From assembly GCA_040767195.1 (NCBI GenBank), contig JAXGPA010000001.1, positions 416,001-480,000 on the forward strand: a stretch of DNA of 64,000 bases. Reading direction: 5' to 3'. Position 1 is the stretch's first letter. Every line of letters begins with the position of its first letter. The position numbers and the translations under genes are program-made. This document shows, piece by piece, positions 18,716-29,089 of this stretch. Under the pieces are notes generated by a model, which was given only the letters and a program-made list of their open reading frames with translations, was not told the DNA's origin and ran no database searches. Source of the DNA: Syntrophales bacterium. Lineage in GTDB: Bacteria > Desulfobacterota > Syntrophia > Syntrophales > UBA6807.

Positions 18716-19935
18716 CGGGCAAAGCGGGAAACGGGATCACCGGAAACGAGCGGGGCGTCGTCCTGGTCACGGCGGTTCTCGTCCTGGCCGTTCTCATGAT
18801 TCTTGGCACCACCGCCTTTCTTCAGACGAACACGGATGTTCGGATCGAGATGAATTTCCTGGCCGAACAAAAGGCCTTTTACGCCGCCGAGGCCGGGATC
18901 GAGGAAGCCCGGGCCAGGCTCTGCCTCGCGGCCTCGAACGCCATCGTCGATGAAGACCCGACGAACCCGGACTGGATGGCCTGCGTAGGCACAAAAAGCG
19001 AGACCACCGGGGGGAAACGCGCCGTTCCGAATTGCCTGTCCTGGACTCCCAGTGTCCAGACGGCCCTGGATTACACCGTGACAATCGAGCACGGAAATGA
19101 CGGCTCGGGCCGGGTTCTTTACTGGGGGGACTCGGACGGAAACGGCACGAATGAAAAAAACGCCGCCGGCAGAGGAGAAACCATCTATCTCGTGACCAGC
19201 TTCGGCCGCTGCGGAACGGCCCTGAAGATCATCAGGGCCGAAATGGCCCGGGTTCCGCCGATCACCGCCGTGTCGGCTCTTTACGTGAAAGCGCCGACCA
19301 CCGTCCAGGGGCCGGGCGTCCACATTCTCGGCGCTGACGGGTGCGGAAAGAGCGATCTGCCGGGAATCTCGACAGCGGGTCCCCCGGGTTCCGTCACGGA
19401 AAGCGGCTCCCCGACCATCACGGGGTCCACACGGGTCCAGTATGACGGCCCCAACCGGGATATCCGGGCGATGATCGACGCCCTGAAAGGCCACGCCGAT
19501 TTCCTTTATGAAACCCCGTCGGCCACCCAAGGGGGAAGCGACCGTCCGGGGCCCGGTGACGGCTGGGGGTCTCCCGTCGCTGGGGCGTCCTTTCGGGGTC
19601 CCTCCGTCTGCAGCGACAGCAACATCGTCCACTACGACACCGGGGGAACCTTCATCAGGTTCAGCGACGGGGTCACAGGCTGCGGGATTCTCCTGGTGGA
19701 CGGCGATCTTGAAATCACCGGCGACTTTTCCTGGCACGGTGCCGTCCTGGTGTCGGGATCGGTCCGCTTCACCGGGCCGGGGAACAGAAACGTCACGGGG
19801 ACCCTGATGGCCGGCGGTTCCGCCGGTTCCAGCCTCATAGGCGGCGACACCACCATCGTTCGGTGCGGGTCCGCCGTCGACGGCCAGACCCTGAAACGCC
19901 CCCTGGTCATTCTCAGCTGGCGGGAGACAGCCTGA
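18712..19935 (+). CDS. pilX: PilX-like minor pilin with extended C-terminal domain
   Basis: ERG|VVLVTAVLVL (no Glu5), AFYAAEAGIE, terminal LSWRE; GTG overlaps pilW stop. Confidence 0.8.
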   Translation: MTGKAGNGITGNERGVVLVTAVLVLAVLMILGTTAFLQTNTDVRIEMNFLAEQKAFYAAEAGIEEARARLCLAASNAIVDEDPTNPDWMACVGTKSETTGGKRAVPNCLSWTPSVQTALDYTVTIEHGNDGSGRVLYWGDSDGNGTNEKNAAGRGETIYLVTSFGRCGTALKIIRAEMARVPPITAVSALYVKAPTTVQGPGVHILGADGCGKSDLPGISTAGPPGSVTESGSPTITGSTRVQYDGPNRDIRAMIDALKGHADFLYETPSATQGGSDRPGPGDGWGSPVAGASFRGPSVCSDSNIVHYDTGGTFIRFSDGVTGCGILLVDGDLEITGDFSWHGAVLVSGSVRFTGPGNRNVTGTLMAGGSAGSSLIGGDTTIVRCGSAVDGQTLKRPLVILSWRETA

Positions 19936-19975
19936 AACGATCCGCCGCCCCTTTTGTGGTGACGCTCGAAATCCC

Positions 19976-20004
19976 TTGACTTCCCGGATCGATAACGATA
20001 GAAA
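19976..20004 (+). promoter_or_regulatory. Putative sigma70 promoter
   Basis: TTGACT-17 nt-TAGAAA upstream of the small ORF and argS. Confidence 0.5.
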
Positions 20005-20034
20005 GGGGTCATTTCAGAAAGGAACACAAAGGTC

Positions 20035-20214
20035 ATGGGAACGGAAAAAAGATATTGCTCCATATGCGCCTGGCGGGCCACCTGCCAGAAGCGTTTTTCC
20101 GTGAAAACCGATTCCCTGGGCATGGTCCATTGCCCTGACTTTTCCCGGGATCTTTCCATTAAGGGAAAAGACATGGAGGATCTGATCCGGAAAGAGCGGG
20201 AAGAAAGGGCCTGA
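20035..20214 (+). CDS. Small 59-aa four-cysteine protein
   Basis: MGTEKRYCSICAWRATCQKRFSVKTDSLGMVHCPDFSRDLSIKGKDMEDLIRKEREERA; AG-rich RBS and promoter upstream; not in the ORF track. Confidence 0.7.
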   Translation: MGTEKRYCSICAWRATCQKRFSVKTDSLGMVHCPDFSRDLSIKGKDMEDLIRKEREERA

Positions 20215-20289
20215 TCCTCTTTTCTCCCGCCAAGGCGTACCCTCGAAGGTTGGCCCAGGCCAACTTTTTCGTTTTTTTAGGATGCACGG

Positions 20290-21954
20290 ATGAAAAAACG
20301 TCTCTACCCCCTCATCGAGCAGTCTCTCGTCGCCTGCATGGAAAAAGGACTCCTGCCGGAAGCCCCTCTCCCGCCCTTTGATATCGAGCCCCCCAGGGAG
20401 AAAGCCCACGGCGACTACGCCACCAACGCGGCCATGGTCCTCGCCTCGGCGGTCCGCCGAAAACCCCGGGACATCGCCCGGGCCCTGGTGGACCACCTGG
20501 ATGACGCCGGGGGATGGATCGAAAAAGTGGAAATCGCCGGACCGGGGTTCATCAATTTCTTCATGAAAGGGGAAACCTGGGCGGCCCTGCTTCGGGACGT
20601 GGACGAACTCAGGGACCGTTACGGCTTCTCGGACCTGGGCCGGGGCCGGCGGGTTCAGGTGGAATTCGTCAGCGCAAACCCCACCGGTCCCCTTCACATC
20701 GGTCACGGCCGGGGCGCGGTGGTCGGCGATGTCATCGCCAACCTGCTCACCGCAACAGGCCACGCCGTTTCCAGGGAATATTACATCAACGACGCGGGAA
20801 ACCAGATGAACACCCTGGGCCGGTCCGTTCTTCTACGGTATCGGGAACTTCTCGGGGAGCGGATCGATTACCCCGGGGAATGCTACCAGGGATCGTACAT
20901 CGCGGACCTGGCCCGGGAGATCGCGGACCGGCACGGTTCAATCTTCCTGGACAGGGATGAATCGGAAAGCATCGTCTTCTTCCGGGAGTACGCCGGAGAA
21001 TCGATTCTCCAGGGCATCAAGGAGGACCTGCGCGTTTTCGGGGTCGTCTTCGACCATTATTTCAACGAAAGCGAGCTTTACCGGGAGGACGGCGTCCGGA
21101 AGCTCCTGGAGGAACTGGAGCGAAAGGGGTTCATTTACCGGGACGGGGTGACGCTGTGGTTCAAGACAACCGACTTCGGTGACGAGAAGGACCGGGTCGT
21201 GATCCGGGAAAACGGCGAACCCACCTATTTCGCCGCCGACATCGCCTATCACCTGAACAAGTACGGCCGTCACTTCGACAAGGTCATCGACATCTGGGGA
21301 GCGGACCATCACGGGTACATCCCCCGCATGTACGCCGGCATCCAGGCCCTCGGCTACCCCAGGGAAGCCCTGGAAGTGGTCCTCGTCCAGCTGGTCAACC
21401 TCCTCAGGGAAGGGACGCCCGTGGCCATGTCCACCCGGTCCGGCGAATTCGTGACGCTTCGGGAAGTGGTGGACGAAGTGGGCAGGGACGGGGCCCGTTA
21501 CAACTTTCTCATGCGCCGGTCGAACAGCCATCTCGATTTCGACCTGGAAATCGCCAAGAAGCAGTCCAACGAAAACCCCGTTTATTACGTCCAGTACGGC
21601 CACGCCAGGATCTGCAGCATCCTGAGGACGGCCCTGGAGAAAGGATATGCCGTCCCCCGGTTCGAGGAAGTCGACCTCCGCCGTCTCGACCTCCCGGAAG
21701 AAGCGGAGCTCATCCGGACCATCGACCGGTTTCCCGAACTCATCGAGGGAAGCGCCCGGGCCCTGGAACCCCACCGGATCCCTTTTTACCTGAATGACCT
21801 GGCGGCCCTGTTCCACAGTTACTACAACAAGAACCGCGTCCTGTCCGACGATCGGGAGCTTTCCCTGGCCCGGCTTTTTCTCGTGCACTGCATCGGGATC
21901 ACCCTTCGCAACGCCCTAGGCATTCTCGGCGTGGCGGCGCCGGAAAGGATGTAG
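20290..21954 (+). CDS. argS: Arginine--tRNA ligase
   Basis: [45 protein letters not shown] terminus. Confidence 0.98.
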   Translation: MKKRLYPLIEQSLVACMEKGLLPEAPLPPFDIEPPREKAHGDYATNAAMVLASAVRRKPRDIARALVDHLDDAGGWIEKVEIAGPGFINFFMKGETWAALLRDVDELRDRYGFSDLGRGRRVQVEFVSANPTGPLHIGHGRGAVVGDVIANLLTATGHAVSREYYINDAGNQMNTLGRSVLLRYRELLGERIDYPGECYQGSYIADLAREIADRHGSIFLDRDESESIVFFREYAGESILQGIKEDLRVFGVVFDHYFNESELYREDGVRKLLEELERKGFIYRDGVTLWFKTTDFGDEKDRVVIRENGEPTYFAADIAYHLNKYGRHFDKVIDIWGADHHGYIPRMYAGIQALGYPREALEVVLVQLVNLLREGTPVAMSTRSGEFVTLREVVDEVGRDGARYNFLMRRSNSHLDFDLEIAKKQSNENPVYYVQYGHARICSILRTALEKGYAVPRFEEVDLRRLDLPEEAELIRTIDRFPELIEGSARALEPHRIPFYLNDLAALFHSYYNKNRVLSDDRELSLARLFLVHCIGITLRNALGILGVAAPERM

Positions 21955-21975
21955 ACGGGAGAAAAGGGACGCGCC

Positions 21976-22629
21976 ATGGCTCGGGGCCGTGAAAACCGCT
22001 TTCGATTCACCCTTGGAAGAGCGGGGTTTGCTTTTTTCGTGTCTGCCATCGCCGCCCTGCTCCTGGTTTCCTTTCTCTTCGGCGTCATGGTGGGCCGGAA
22101 CATGGACACGTATCCCCGAAAGATCGCCCAGGAAATCCCCGCGGCGATCTCAAAGAAAATCGCCGGCGTGATCCAGGGTGAAGGCGAACCCCCGCCGGCG
22201 CAGGAACCGGAGAAGAAAAAAGAGGACCCGTCTTTTCAATACCGTTTTTTCGAAACCCTGACGGAACCCAAAGCCCCCCCGCCGGCGGCACCGAAAGCCC
22301 CGGCGGAATCGAAAACTCCAGTGGCGGCGAAAGCACCGGCGGCGCCTCCCGAGGCTGCCGAAGAGGAAAGCCCGGCATCCCCCGCGGGCCGGTACGGGGT
22401 TCAGGTCGCTTCGTTCCGGGATCGGGACCGGGCCGGAAAAGTCCTGAAGGAGCTCAAGTCTATGGGACTTTCCCCTGTCATCGACCCGGTAGACCTGAAA
22501 AGCCGCGGAACGTGGTACCGGATCCGCCTTCACGGTTTTCCGAGCTACGAGGAAGCGAAAGCGGCGGCCGCGGCGGCGGAAAGAAGGCTGACGGGAACCC
22601 GGTGCATTATCCGGAAGGAACAGCCTTAA
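21976..22629 (+). CDS. SPOR-domain membrane-anchored protein (FtsN/DedD-like)
   Basis: N-terminal TM, Pro/Ala linker, YGVQVASF...WYRIRL SPOR motif; follows argS. Confidence 0.85.
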   Translation: MARGRENRFRFTLGRAGFAFFVSAIAALLLVSFLFGVMVGRNMDTYPRKIAQEIPAAISKKIAGVIQGEGEPPPAQEPEKKKEDPSFQYRFFETLTEPKAPPPAAPKAPAESKTPVAAKAPAAPPEAAEEESPASPAGRYGVQVASFRDRDRAGKVLKELKSMGLSPVIDPVDLKSRGTWYRIRLHGFPSYEEAKAAAAAAERRLTGTRCIIRKEQP

Positions 22630-22648
22630 AAAGCGAGGCTAAATGTTT

Positions 22649-22814
22649 GACGACTTCGTAAAAAGATCCATATGCTGCGTTGCCCTTCATCCCTCGTCAT
22701 TGCGACGTACCAATACGTACGTCTCATTCCTCGGGATTCGGGCGCCTTGCCTCTGGATCTTTTTACAAAGCCGTCTGTAACGGAACATTTTTCGAGTTTT
22801 TAAGAGTTTATCAA
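22649..22814. repeat. MITE-like/REP-like structured intergenic element
   Basis: 22-bp inverted repeats GACGACTTCGTAAAAAGATCCA (22649-22670) / TGGATCTTTTTACAAAGCCGTC (22754-22775), 2 mismatches; 32-bp tail repeated at 29346-29377. Confidence 0.7.
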
Positions 22815-24148
22815 TGTTTGAACACCTGACGGACAAACTGGACGGCATCTTCAGAAAGCTCAAGGGGCGGGGAACCCTCGACGAGGAGGCGGTAAACCTG
22901 GGGCTGAAGGACGTCCGTATGGCCCTTCTGGAAGCGGACGTGAATTTCAAGGTCGTCCGGTCGTTCATCGACGATGTCCGCCAGAGGGCCGTGGGCCGGG
23001 ACATCCTCGACAGCATCACGCCGGGGCAGCAGATCGTTAAAATCGTTTACGACCGCCTGGTGGAACTCATGGGCGGGGGCGCGAGCCACCTGAAGCTTTC
23101 CGGTATCGTACCGGCGCCGATCATGCTGGTGGGGCTCCAGGGGTGCGGGAAGACGACCACGGCGGTGAAACTGGCCCGCCATCTCCAGCAGCAGGGTCGA
23201 AAGACCGCTCTCGTCTCCGCGGACGTCTACCGTCCGGCGGCGGTGGACCAGCTCCGGATCCTGGGTGAAAAAATCGACGCCGGAATTCTACCTTCCCCGG
23301 AGGGGGAAAGTCCCGTGAAAATCTGTCTCGAGGCCCTTCGGGAGGCCCGGGGCGGCGGGTTCGACACCCTCGTCATCGACACGGCAGGACGGCTTCAGAT
23401 CGACGAAGCCCTCATGAAGGAGCTCGTGGAGATCAAAAAGGCCGTGGCGCCGTCGGAAATCCTTTTCGTGGCCGACGCCATGACGGGACAGGAGGCGGTC
23501 AACGTCGCCCGGGCCTTCGACGAGGCCCTTGGCATTGACGGTGTCATTCTCACCAAGATGGACGGGGATGCCCGGGGCGGGGCAGCCCTCTCCCTGAAGG
23601 CCGTGACGGGAAAACCGGTCAAGTTCCTCGGCGTGGGCGAGAAGATCGACGCCCTCGAGGTGTTTCACCCCGATCGGATGGCCTCGCGGATCCTCGGGCA
23701 GGGCGATGTTCTCACCCTCGTGGAAAAGGCCCAGACAGCCTTCGATGAAAAACAGGCGAAAGAACTGGAACGAAAGATCCGGAAGGATGCGTTCACCCTG
23801 GAAGATTTCAGGGATCAGCTTCTCCAGATCCGGAAAATGGGATCCCTCGAAGACATTCTCGGGATGATCCCGGGATTCGGTAAAAAGATGAAGGCCCTGA
23901 AGGGAGCCGCCCCCGACGAGAAGGAGCTGACCAAAACCCTGGCCATCATCGATTCCATGACCCGGAAGGAGCGAAACGATCACCTCATCATCAATGGGCA
24001 GAGGCGCAAGAGGATCGCCCGGGGAAGCGGCACGACGGTTCAGGATGTGAACCGCCTCCTGAAGAACTACGGGGAGATGAGAAAGATGATGAAAAAGCTC
24101 ACCAGGGGGGGGATGAAATCTCTGCGGAGAGGCAATTTTCCCTTTTAA
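22814..24148 (+). CDS. ffh: Signal recognition particle protein Ffh
   Basis: ALLEADV, GLQGCGKTT, DTAGR, TKMDGDARGG, M-domain RRKRIARGSG. Confidence 0.98.
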   Translation: MFEHLTDKLDGIFRKLKGRGTLDEEAVNLGLKDVRMALLEADVNFKVVRSFIDDVRQRAVGRDILDSITPGQQIVKIVYDRLVELMGGGASHLKLSGIVPAPIMLVGLQGCGKTTTAVKLARHLQQQGRKTALVSADVYRPAAVDQLRILGEKIDAGILPSPEGESPVKICLEALREARGGGFDTLVIDTAGRLQIDEALMKELVEIKKAVAPSEILFVADAMTGQEAVNVARAFDEALGIDGVILTKMDGDARGGAALSLKAVTGKPVKFLGVGEKIDALEVFHPDRMASRILGQGDVLTLVEKAQTAFDEKQAKELERKIRKDAFTLEDFRDQLLQIRKMGSLEDILGMIPGFGKKMKALKGAAPDEKELTKTLAIIDSMTRKERNDHLIINGQRRKRIARGSGTTVQDVNRLLKNYGEMRKMMKKLTRGGMKSLRRGNFPF

Positions 24149-24219
24149 ATGCCAGTATATTGTGTTAAAAGGATAATTTATCTTTCATTGAAATTCTTCT
24201 GGAGGTGACATCGGACGGA

Positions 24220-24462
24220 ATGGCGGCAACAATCAGACTTACACGAATGGGCGCGAAAAAGAAACCTTTTTACCGGATCGTCGTGGCGGACGGGCGTGCG
24301 CCCCGGGACGGGCGGTTTTCCGAGGTCGTCGGCACCTATGACCCGAAACAGGATCCGGCGGAAATTCTTTTCAACGAGGACCGGGTCCGGGAATGGCTTT
24401 CCAGGGGGGCGAAACCCTCGGTAACGGTGGCGAGCCTGATGAGAAAAAAGGGCCTCCTTTAA
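24220..24462 (+). CDS. rpsP: 30S ribosomal protein S16
   Basis: [28 protein letters not shown]. Confidence 0.97.
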   Translation: MAATIRLTRMGAKKKPFYRIVVADGRAPRDGRFSEVVGTYDPKQDPAEILFNEDRVREWLSRGAKPSVTVASLMRKKGLL

Positions 24463-24566
24463 AAAAACAAAGCGGCCTGAAGCGGCGTGACTGACCGGTT
24501 TTTTCATTGTTCAATCGCTGTGAATAAGGTATGTTATGTCAACGATACTCTGCGGAGGTGGCTACG

Positions 24567-24797
24567 ATGAAAGAGTTGATCAAGTACATCGCACAGGCGC
24601 TGGTGGACCATCCCGACAACGTGGATGTCTCTGAGGTGGTGGGTGAGCAGACTTCCGTCATCGAATTGAGAGTCGCCAAGGAAGACCTGGGCAAAGTCAT
24701 CGGAAAACAGGGAAAAACCGCCAAGGCCATGCGGACAATCCTGAGCGCTGCCTCCTCCAAACTCCACAAGAGGGCGGTATTGGAGATCATCGAGTAA
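24567..24797 (+). CDS. khpA: KH-domain RNA-binding protein KhpA
   Basis: [25 protein letters not shown]; between rpsP and rimM. Confidence 0.93.
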   Translation: MKELIKYIAQALVDHPDNVDVSEVVGEQTSVIELRVAKEDLGKVIGKQGKTAKAMRTILSAASSKLHKRAVLEIIE

Positions 24798-25301
24798 TTG
24801 GACGAAACCGTCGAGATCGGAAAAATCAAAAGAGCCGCCGGTTTAAAGGGCCGTTTCCTGATCGCTTCCTATCTCGAATCACCGGAAATCCTTCACGGTG
24901 TTGAAAGAATCCGCATCGAGAGACCGGACGGCCGGTCATCGTGGCACGCTGTCGGATATGTGAACTGGTCTAAAAAAAGCATTGCCCTGGAGGTGGAAGG
25001 AATCGGAAACCGGGAAGAGGCGGAAGCTCTCGTCGGTTCGCGGGTGGGCGTCCCGTCGGATCTTCTGGGAGACCCCCCCGAAGGCGAGTACTACTGGAAG
25101 GACCTGTTGGGAATGGCCGTCTTTTCGGAAAGCGGGGAGCGCCTCGGCACGATTGGAAGGGTGTTTCGCACAGGAAGCAATGACGTCTTCGTCTGCACCG
25201 GGGGTCCCCGGGAAATTCTCCTTCCCGCCATCGAAGACGTGATCCGCCAGGTGGACATCCCCGGAAAGGCCATGGTCGTCCGTCTCCTCGAAGGACTTTG
25301 A
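24798..25301 (+). CDS. rimM: Ribosome maturation factor RimM
   Basis: GKIKRAAGLKG, EYYWKDLLG, TGSNDV, LLPAI; synteny. Confidence 0.93.
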   Translation: MDETVEIGKIKRAAGLKGRFLIASYLESPEILHGVERIRIERPDGRSSWHAVGYVNWSKKSIALEVEGIGNREEAEALVGSRVGVPSDLLGDPPEGEYYWKDLLGMAVFSESGERLGTIGRVFRTGSNDVFVCTGGPREILLPAIEDVIRQVDIPGKAMVVRLLEGL

Positions 25302-25304
25302 GGA

Positions 25305-26060
25305 ATGATACGGTTCGATGTCCTAACGATCTTCCCGGAGATGTTCCATTCCCCCCTCCGCTCAAGCCTCATCGGGAAGGCCCGGGAAAAGGGTCTCATC
25401 GCCGTGGAGATTCACGACATCCGTGAGTACGCCACGGACAGGCACCGGATGACCGATGACTATCCCTACGGCGGCGGCGGCGGCATGGTGATGAAGGTGG
25501 AACCCATCGCCCGGGCGCTGGATGACGTTCTTTCGAATCAGGAGACGGGTGTCGTCGTCCTCCTTACACCCCAGGGGGAAAGGCTGAGCCAGGAGACGGC
25601 CGAGGAGATGGCCCGTCACGGGCGGATCATCCTCATCTGCGGGCACTATGAAGGGGTCGACGAAAGGATCCGGGAACACCTGGTCGACCGGGAGATATCC
25701 ATCGGCGACTATGTCCTCACCGGCGGTGAGCTTCCGGCGCTGGTCCTCATAGACGTCCTTTCCCGTCTCGTTCCGGATGTGCTGGGAAACCGCGAATCGG
25801 CCCGCCAGGACTCCTTTTCCGCGGGACTTCTCGAACATCCCCAGTACACCCGGCCCCGCTCTTTCCGGGGCTGGGAAGTGCCCGATGTGCTTCTCTCGGG
25901 AAACCACCGGGAAATCGAGAACTGGAGAAGAAGGGAATCCCTCCGTCGGACCGCCTTGAGAAAACCGGAGCTTCTGGAGAGGGCGAACCTGACCGACGAC
26001 GAGCGGCAGGCTCTTTCCCGGTGGCTGGAAGAGAAAAACGGGAAAGGGGACATGTCCTGA
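25305..26060 (+). CDS. trmD: tRNA (guanine-N1)-methyltransferase TrmD
   Basis: [40 protein letters not shown]. Confidence 0.98.
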   Translation: MIRFDVLTIFPEMFHSPLRSSLIGKAREKGLIAVEIHDIREYATDRHRMTDDYPYGGGGGMVMKVEPIARALDDVLSNQETGVVVLLTPQGERLSQETAEEMARHGRIILICGHYEGVDERIREHLVDREISIGDYVLTGGELPALVLIDVLSRLVPDVLGNRESARQDSFSAGLLEHPQYTRPRSFRGWEVPDVLLSGNHREIENWRRRESLRRTALRKPELLERANLTDDERQALSRWLEEKNGKGDMS

Positions 26061-26174
26061 ACGTTCCGGGAGGAACGCCGGATAAAAACGGCATGGGCAT
26101 GGATTTTTTTTATTAACATTAAGCCAGGCGGGACGCCCGGATCCCCGGAAAAGACGCACGCGCCGCGGGGGCGA

Positions 26175-26780
26175 ATGACGAAGGAAGAAGACCGGGAAAG
26201 CCTCCGTGACATCGGAGAAGGCGCCCCTCTTTACATGGCTCTCTTGCATGACCCCGTTTACAACAGGCGGGGCGAGACGGTCACCGCGGCGGTGACCAAT
26301 CTCGACATCCATGACCTGGCCAGAGCCGCCATGACCTTCGGGATCAGGCGGTTTTATGTTGTAACCCCCGTGGAGGAGCAGCGGACCCTCGTTCACCGGA
26401 TCGTGGGCCACTGGATGAACGGATACGGCAGCCGGTACAACCCCGGACGGAGGAAGGCCTTCGAGACCATTACCGTCACGTCCTCCCTGGAAGAAGCGGG
26501 GAAAGACGTGGAGCGGGAAACGGGAAGCCGGCCCGTCACCGTGGCCACGGGAGCCGCCCTGGAACCGCCCCTCATGACCTTCTCCGAACTGGGAAGGCTC
26601 GTCAGGACCGGGGACCGGCCCTGTCTCATCCTTTTCGGAACGGCATGGGGCCTGGCCAAGGAGGCTGTCAGCGGGGCCGACCGGCGCCTGGAGCCGATCA
26701 GCGGTGTCGGGGAATACAACCACCTGTCCGTCCGATCGGCGGCGGCCATCGTACTTGACCGGATCAGGAAAAACCTGTAA
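26175..26780 (+). CDS. SPOUT-family RNA methyltransferase (trmD-associated)
   Basis: ALLHDPVYN, TNLDIHDLARA, FGTAWGL, YNHLSVRSAAAI. Confidence 0.85.
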   Translation: MTKEEDRESLRDIGEGAPLYMALLHDPVYNRRGETVTAAVTNLDIHDLARAAMTFGIRRFYVVTPVEEQRTLVHRIVGHWMNGYGSRYNPGRRKAFETITVTSSLEEAGKDVERETGSRPVTVATGAALEPPLMTFSELGRLVRTGDRPCLILFGTAWGLAKEAVSGADRRLEPISGVGEYNHLSVRSAAAIVLDRIRKNL

Positions 26781-26870
26781 GAAGCCGTTTTCCCGCCGAT
26801 TCGCCGGGCCGCTTGGGGACAGGGAACCTGCAAAACAGGAGAGACTGACATTTTCAGGAGGAATACAGCC

Positions 26871-27218
26871 ATGAATGTCTTGGACATGATCGAAAGAGAA
26901 CAGATGAGAGGGGACATCCCTTCTTTCAAGTCGGGTGACACCGTCCGGGTTTACGTCCGTATCGTGGAGGGACAGAAAGAACGGCTCCAGCTTTTTGAAG
27001 GGATCGTGATCCGGAAGCGCGCCGGCGGCAGCAGGGCCAATTTCACCGTCCGGAAGGTCTCCCACGGCGTAGGCGCCGAAAGGACCTTCCCCCTCCATTC
27101 CCCCATGATCGACCGCATCGAGGTGGTGACCCGCGGTAAGGTCCGAAGATCCCGGCTGTACTACCTCCGGGCCCTGAGGGGAAAGAAGGCCAAGGTCAAG
27201 GAACTCGGCCGGCGGTAG
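26871..27218 (+). CDS. rplS: 50S ribosomal protein L19
   Basis: [28 protein letters not shown]. Confidence 0.98.
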   Translation: MNVLDMIEREQMRGDIPSFKSGDTVRVYVRIVEGQKERLQLFEGIVIRKRAGGSRANFTVRKVSHGVGAERTFPLHSPMIDRIEVVTRGKVRRSRLYYLRALRGKKAKVKELGRR

Positions 27219-27259
27219 CATAACTTAACATATTTCGGCTGTTACGAGTTCATCATAGC

Positions 27260-27859
27260 ATGGATGTCTTTGAATCGGAGGCCCGGAAACTCGGATTCCT
27301 CTGGATCGCGGGAATCGACGAAGCGGGCCGGGGTCCCCTGGCGGGGCCCGTGGTCGCCGCGGCGGTGATCCTCCCCGAGGGTTACCGCAACGGGGACATC
27401 GCCGACTCGAAAACCCTCTCCCCGGCAAAGCGCGAGGCCCTTTACGACATTCTCCGGAAAGACGCCGTCGCCATCGGGATCGGCATGGCGGACCCCGGGG
27501 AAATCGACCGCCTGAACATTCTCAGGGCCACGAAGAAAGCCATGAAGGAAGCCGTGGCGGGGCTTTTTCACCCCTGCGACTACCTGCTCATCGACGGCCG
27601 CGACACCCTGGACCTCCCCCTGGCCCAGAAGGCCCTCGTGAAAGGGGACCGCCGTTGTCTCTCCATCGCCGCGGCCTCGATCATCGCCAAGGTCTCCCGG
27701 GACCGTGTCATGGACGACATGGACGCCCGGTATCCTCTCTATGGATTTGGGAAACACAAGGGATACGGTACCCGTGAGCACCGCCGGGCACTCTGCCTCC
27801 ACGGACCATGTCCGATCCACCGTCAATCTTTCCGGTTCAGGCGGGATGACCTCTCGTGA
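27260..27859 (+). CDS. rnhB: Ribonuclease HII
   Basis: GIDEAGRGPLAGPV, DSK, SIAAASIIAKV, HKGYGT. Confidence 0.97.
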   Translation: MDVFESEARKLGFLWIAGIDEAGRGPLAGPVVAAAVILPEGYRNGDIADSKTLSPAKREALYDILRKDAVAIGIGMADPGEIDRLNILRATKKAMKEAVAGLFHPCDYLLIDGRDTLDLPLAQKALVKGDRRCLSIAAASIIAKVSRDRVMDDMDARYPLYGFGKHKGYGTREHRRALCLHGPCPIHRQSFRFRRDDLS

Positions 27860-28232
27860 AAAAAAGCCTTCTCGGCACCGGGAAACGGGCCTCGGAGGGG
27901 AAGCCTTGGCCGTGTCCCACCTGCAGAAGAAAGGATATGAGATCCTGGCCCGGAACTACCGGTGTCTCTTCGGTGAAGTGGACGTCATCGCCCGTGACGG
28001 GAACTGCGTCGTCTTCGTGGAAGTCAAGAGGCGCCTCTCCCTCCGTTTCGGGGAACCGGAAGAGGCCATCCATGTCCGGAAGCGAAAGAAGCTTTCCCGG
28101 ACGGCCCTTTGTTACCTCCAGGACCGGGGATGGATGGACCGGAGCGCCCGGTTTGACGTCATCGTCATCCGGCCCGGCGGCGACGGGGAGGAGATACACC
28201 TCATTCGGAACGCCTTCGAGGTATGCCTGTGA
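27846..28232 (+). CDS. yraN: YraN/UPF0102 family endonuclease-fold protein
   Basis: GEALA, RNYRC..GEVDVIA, VFVEVK, RFDVI. Confidence 0.92.
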   Translation: MTSREKKPSRHRETGLGGEALAVSHLQKKGYEILARNYRCLFGEVDVIARDGNCVVFVEVKRRLSLRFGEPEEAIHVRKRKKLSRTALCYLQDRGWMDRSARFDVIVIRPGGDGEEIHLIRNAFEVCL

Positions 28233-29089
28233 CGGGAACCCTGTACATCGTGGCCACCCCCATCGGGAACCTGGAGGACATCACCTTCCGGGCCCTCCGG
28301 ATCCTCCGGGAGGTCGGTCTGGCGGCGGCGGAAGACACCCGGAGAACGGGGATCCTTTTTAAGGCCTACGACATCCGGACCCCCCTCACCAGTCTTCACG
28401 ACTGGAACGAGCGTGAAAAAAGCGCCTTCATCCTTAAAAAGCTCCTGGCGGGAACGGACGTGGCCTATGTCTCCGATGCCGGGACCCCGGGCATTTCCGA
28501 TCCCGGATACCATCTTGTCAAGACGGCCCTCGAAAGGGCCGTTCCCGTCGTCCCCGTCCCCGGCCCTTCGGCGATTATCGCCGCCGTCAGCGTCTCAGGC
28601 CTGCCCACGGACCGGTTTTCCTTTTTCGGGTTCCTCCCCTCCCGATCGGGAGCGAGGCGGAAATTCCTGGAAACCCTGGCAGAAGAAGAGAAAACCATGG
28701 TGTTCTACGAGTCCCCCCGGCGGGTCGCCGCCGCCCTGGAAGACATGAAGACACGCCTGGGAGACCGCCATGTGGTTGTCGCCCGGGAGTTGACGAAACG
28801 GCACGAGGAAATCCTTCGGGGCCGGATCACGGAGGTTGCGCCGGTCCTGACAGAGAGACCGCCCCGGGGAGAAATCACCCTCATCGTTTCGGGCCGGGAA
28901 AAAGCCCCCGCCGCCCTGCCGCCGGAGGATACCCTCCGCCGCCGGATCGAGGATCTGTCTGGAAAAGAAACCCTTTCCGTCCGGGACCTGGTGCAGCGGA
29001 TCACCGATGAAACGGGACTCCCCCGTAGCGTCGTTTACGGGCAGGTCCTTCAGATAATGAAGAAGAAAAAAGACCTCAGGCGTCCTTAG
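28223..29089 (+). CDS. rsmI: 16S rRNA C1402 2'-O-methyltransferase RsmI
   Basis: LYIVATPIGNLEDIT, AEDTR, VSDAGTPGISDPG, YESPRR, RELTK. Confidence 0.97.
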   Translation: MPVTGTLYIVATPIGNLEDITFRALRILREVGLAAAEDTRRTGILFKAYDIRTPLTSLHDWNEREKSAFILKKLLAGTDVAYVSDAGTPGISDPGYHLVKTALERAVPVVPVPGPSAIIAAVSVSGLPTDRFSFFGFLPSRSGARRKFLETLAEEEKTMVFYESPRRVAAALEDMKTRLGDRHVVVARELTKRHEEILRGRITEVAPVLTERPPRGEITLIVSGREKAPAALPPEDTLRRRIEDLSGKETLSVRDLVQRITDETGLPRSVVYGQVLQIMKKKKDLRRP

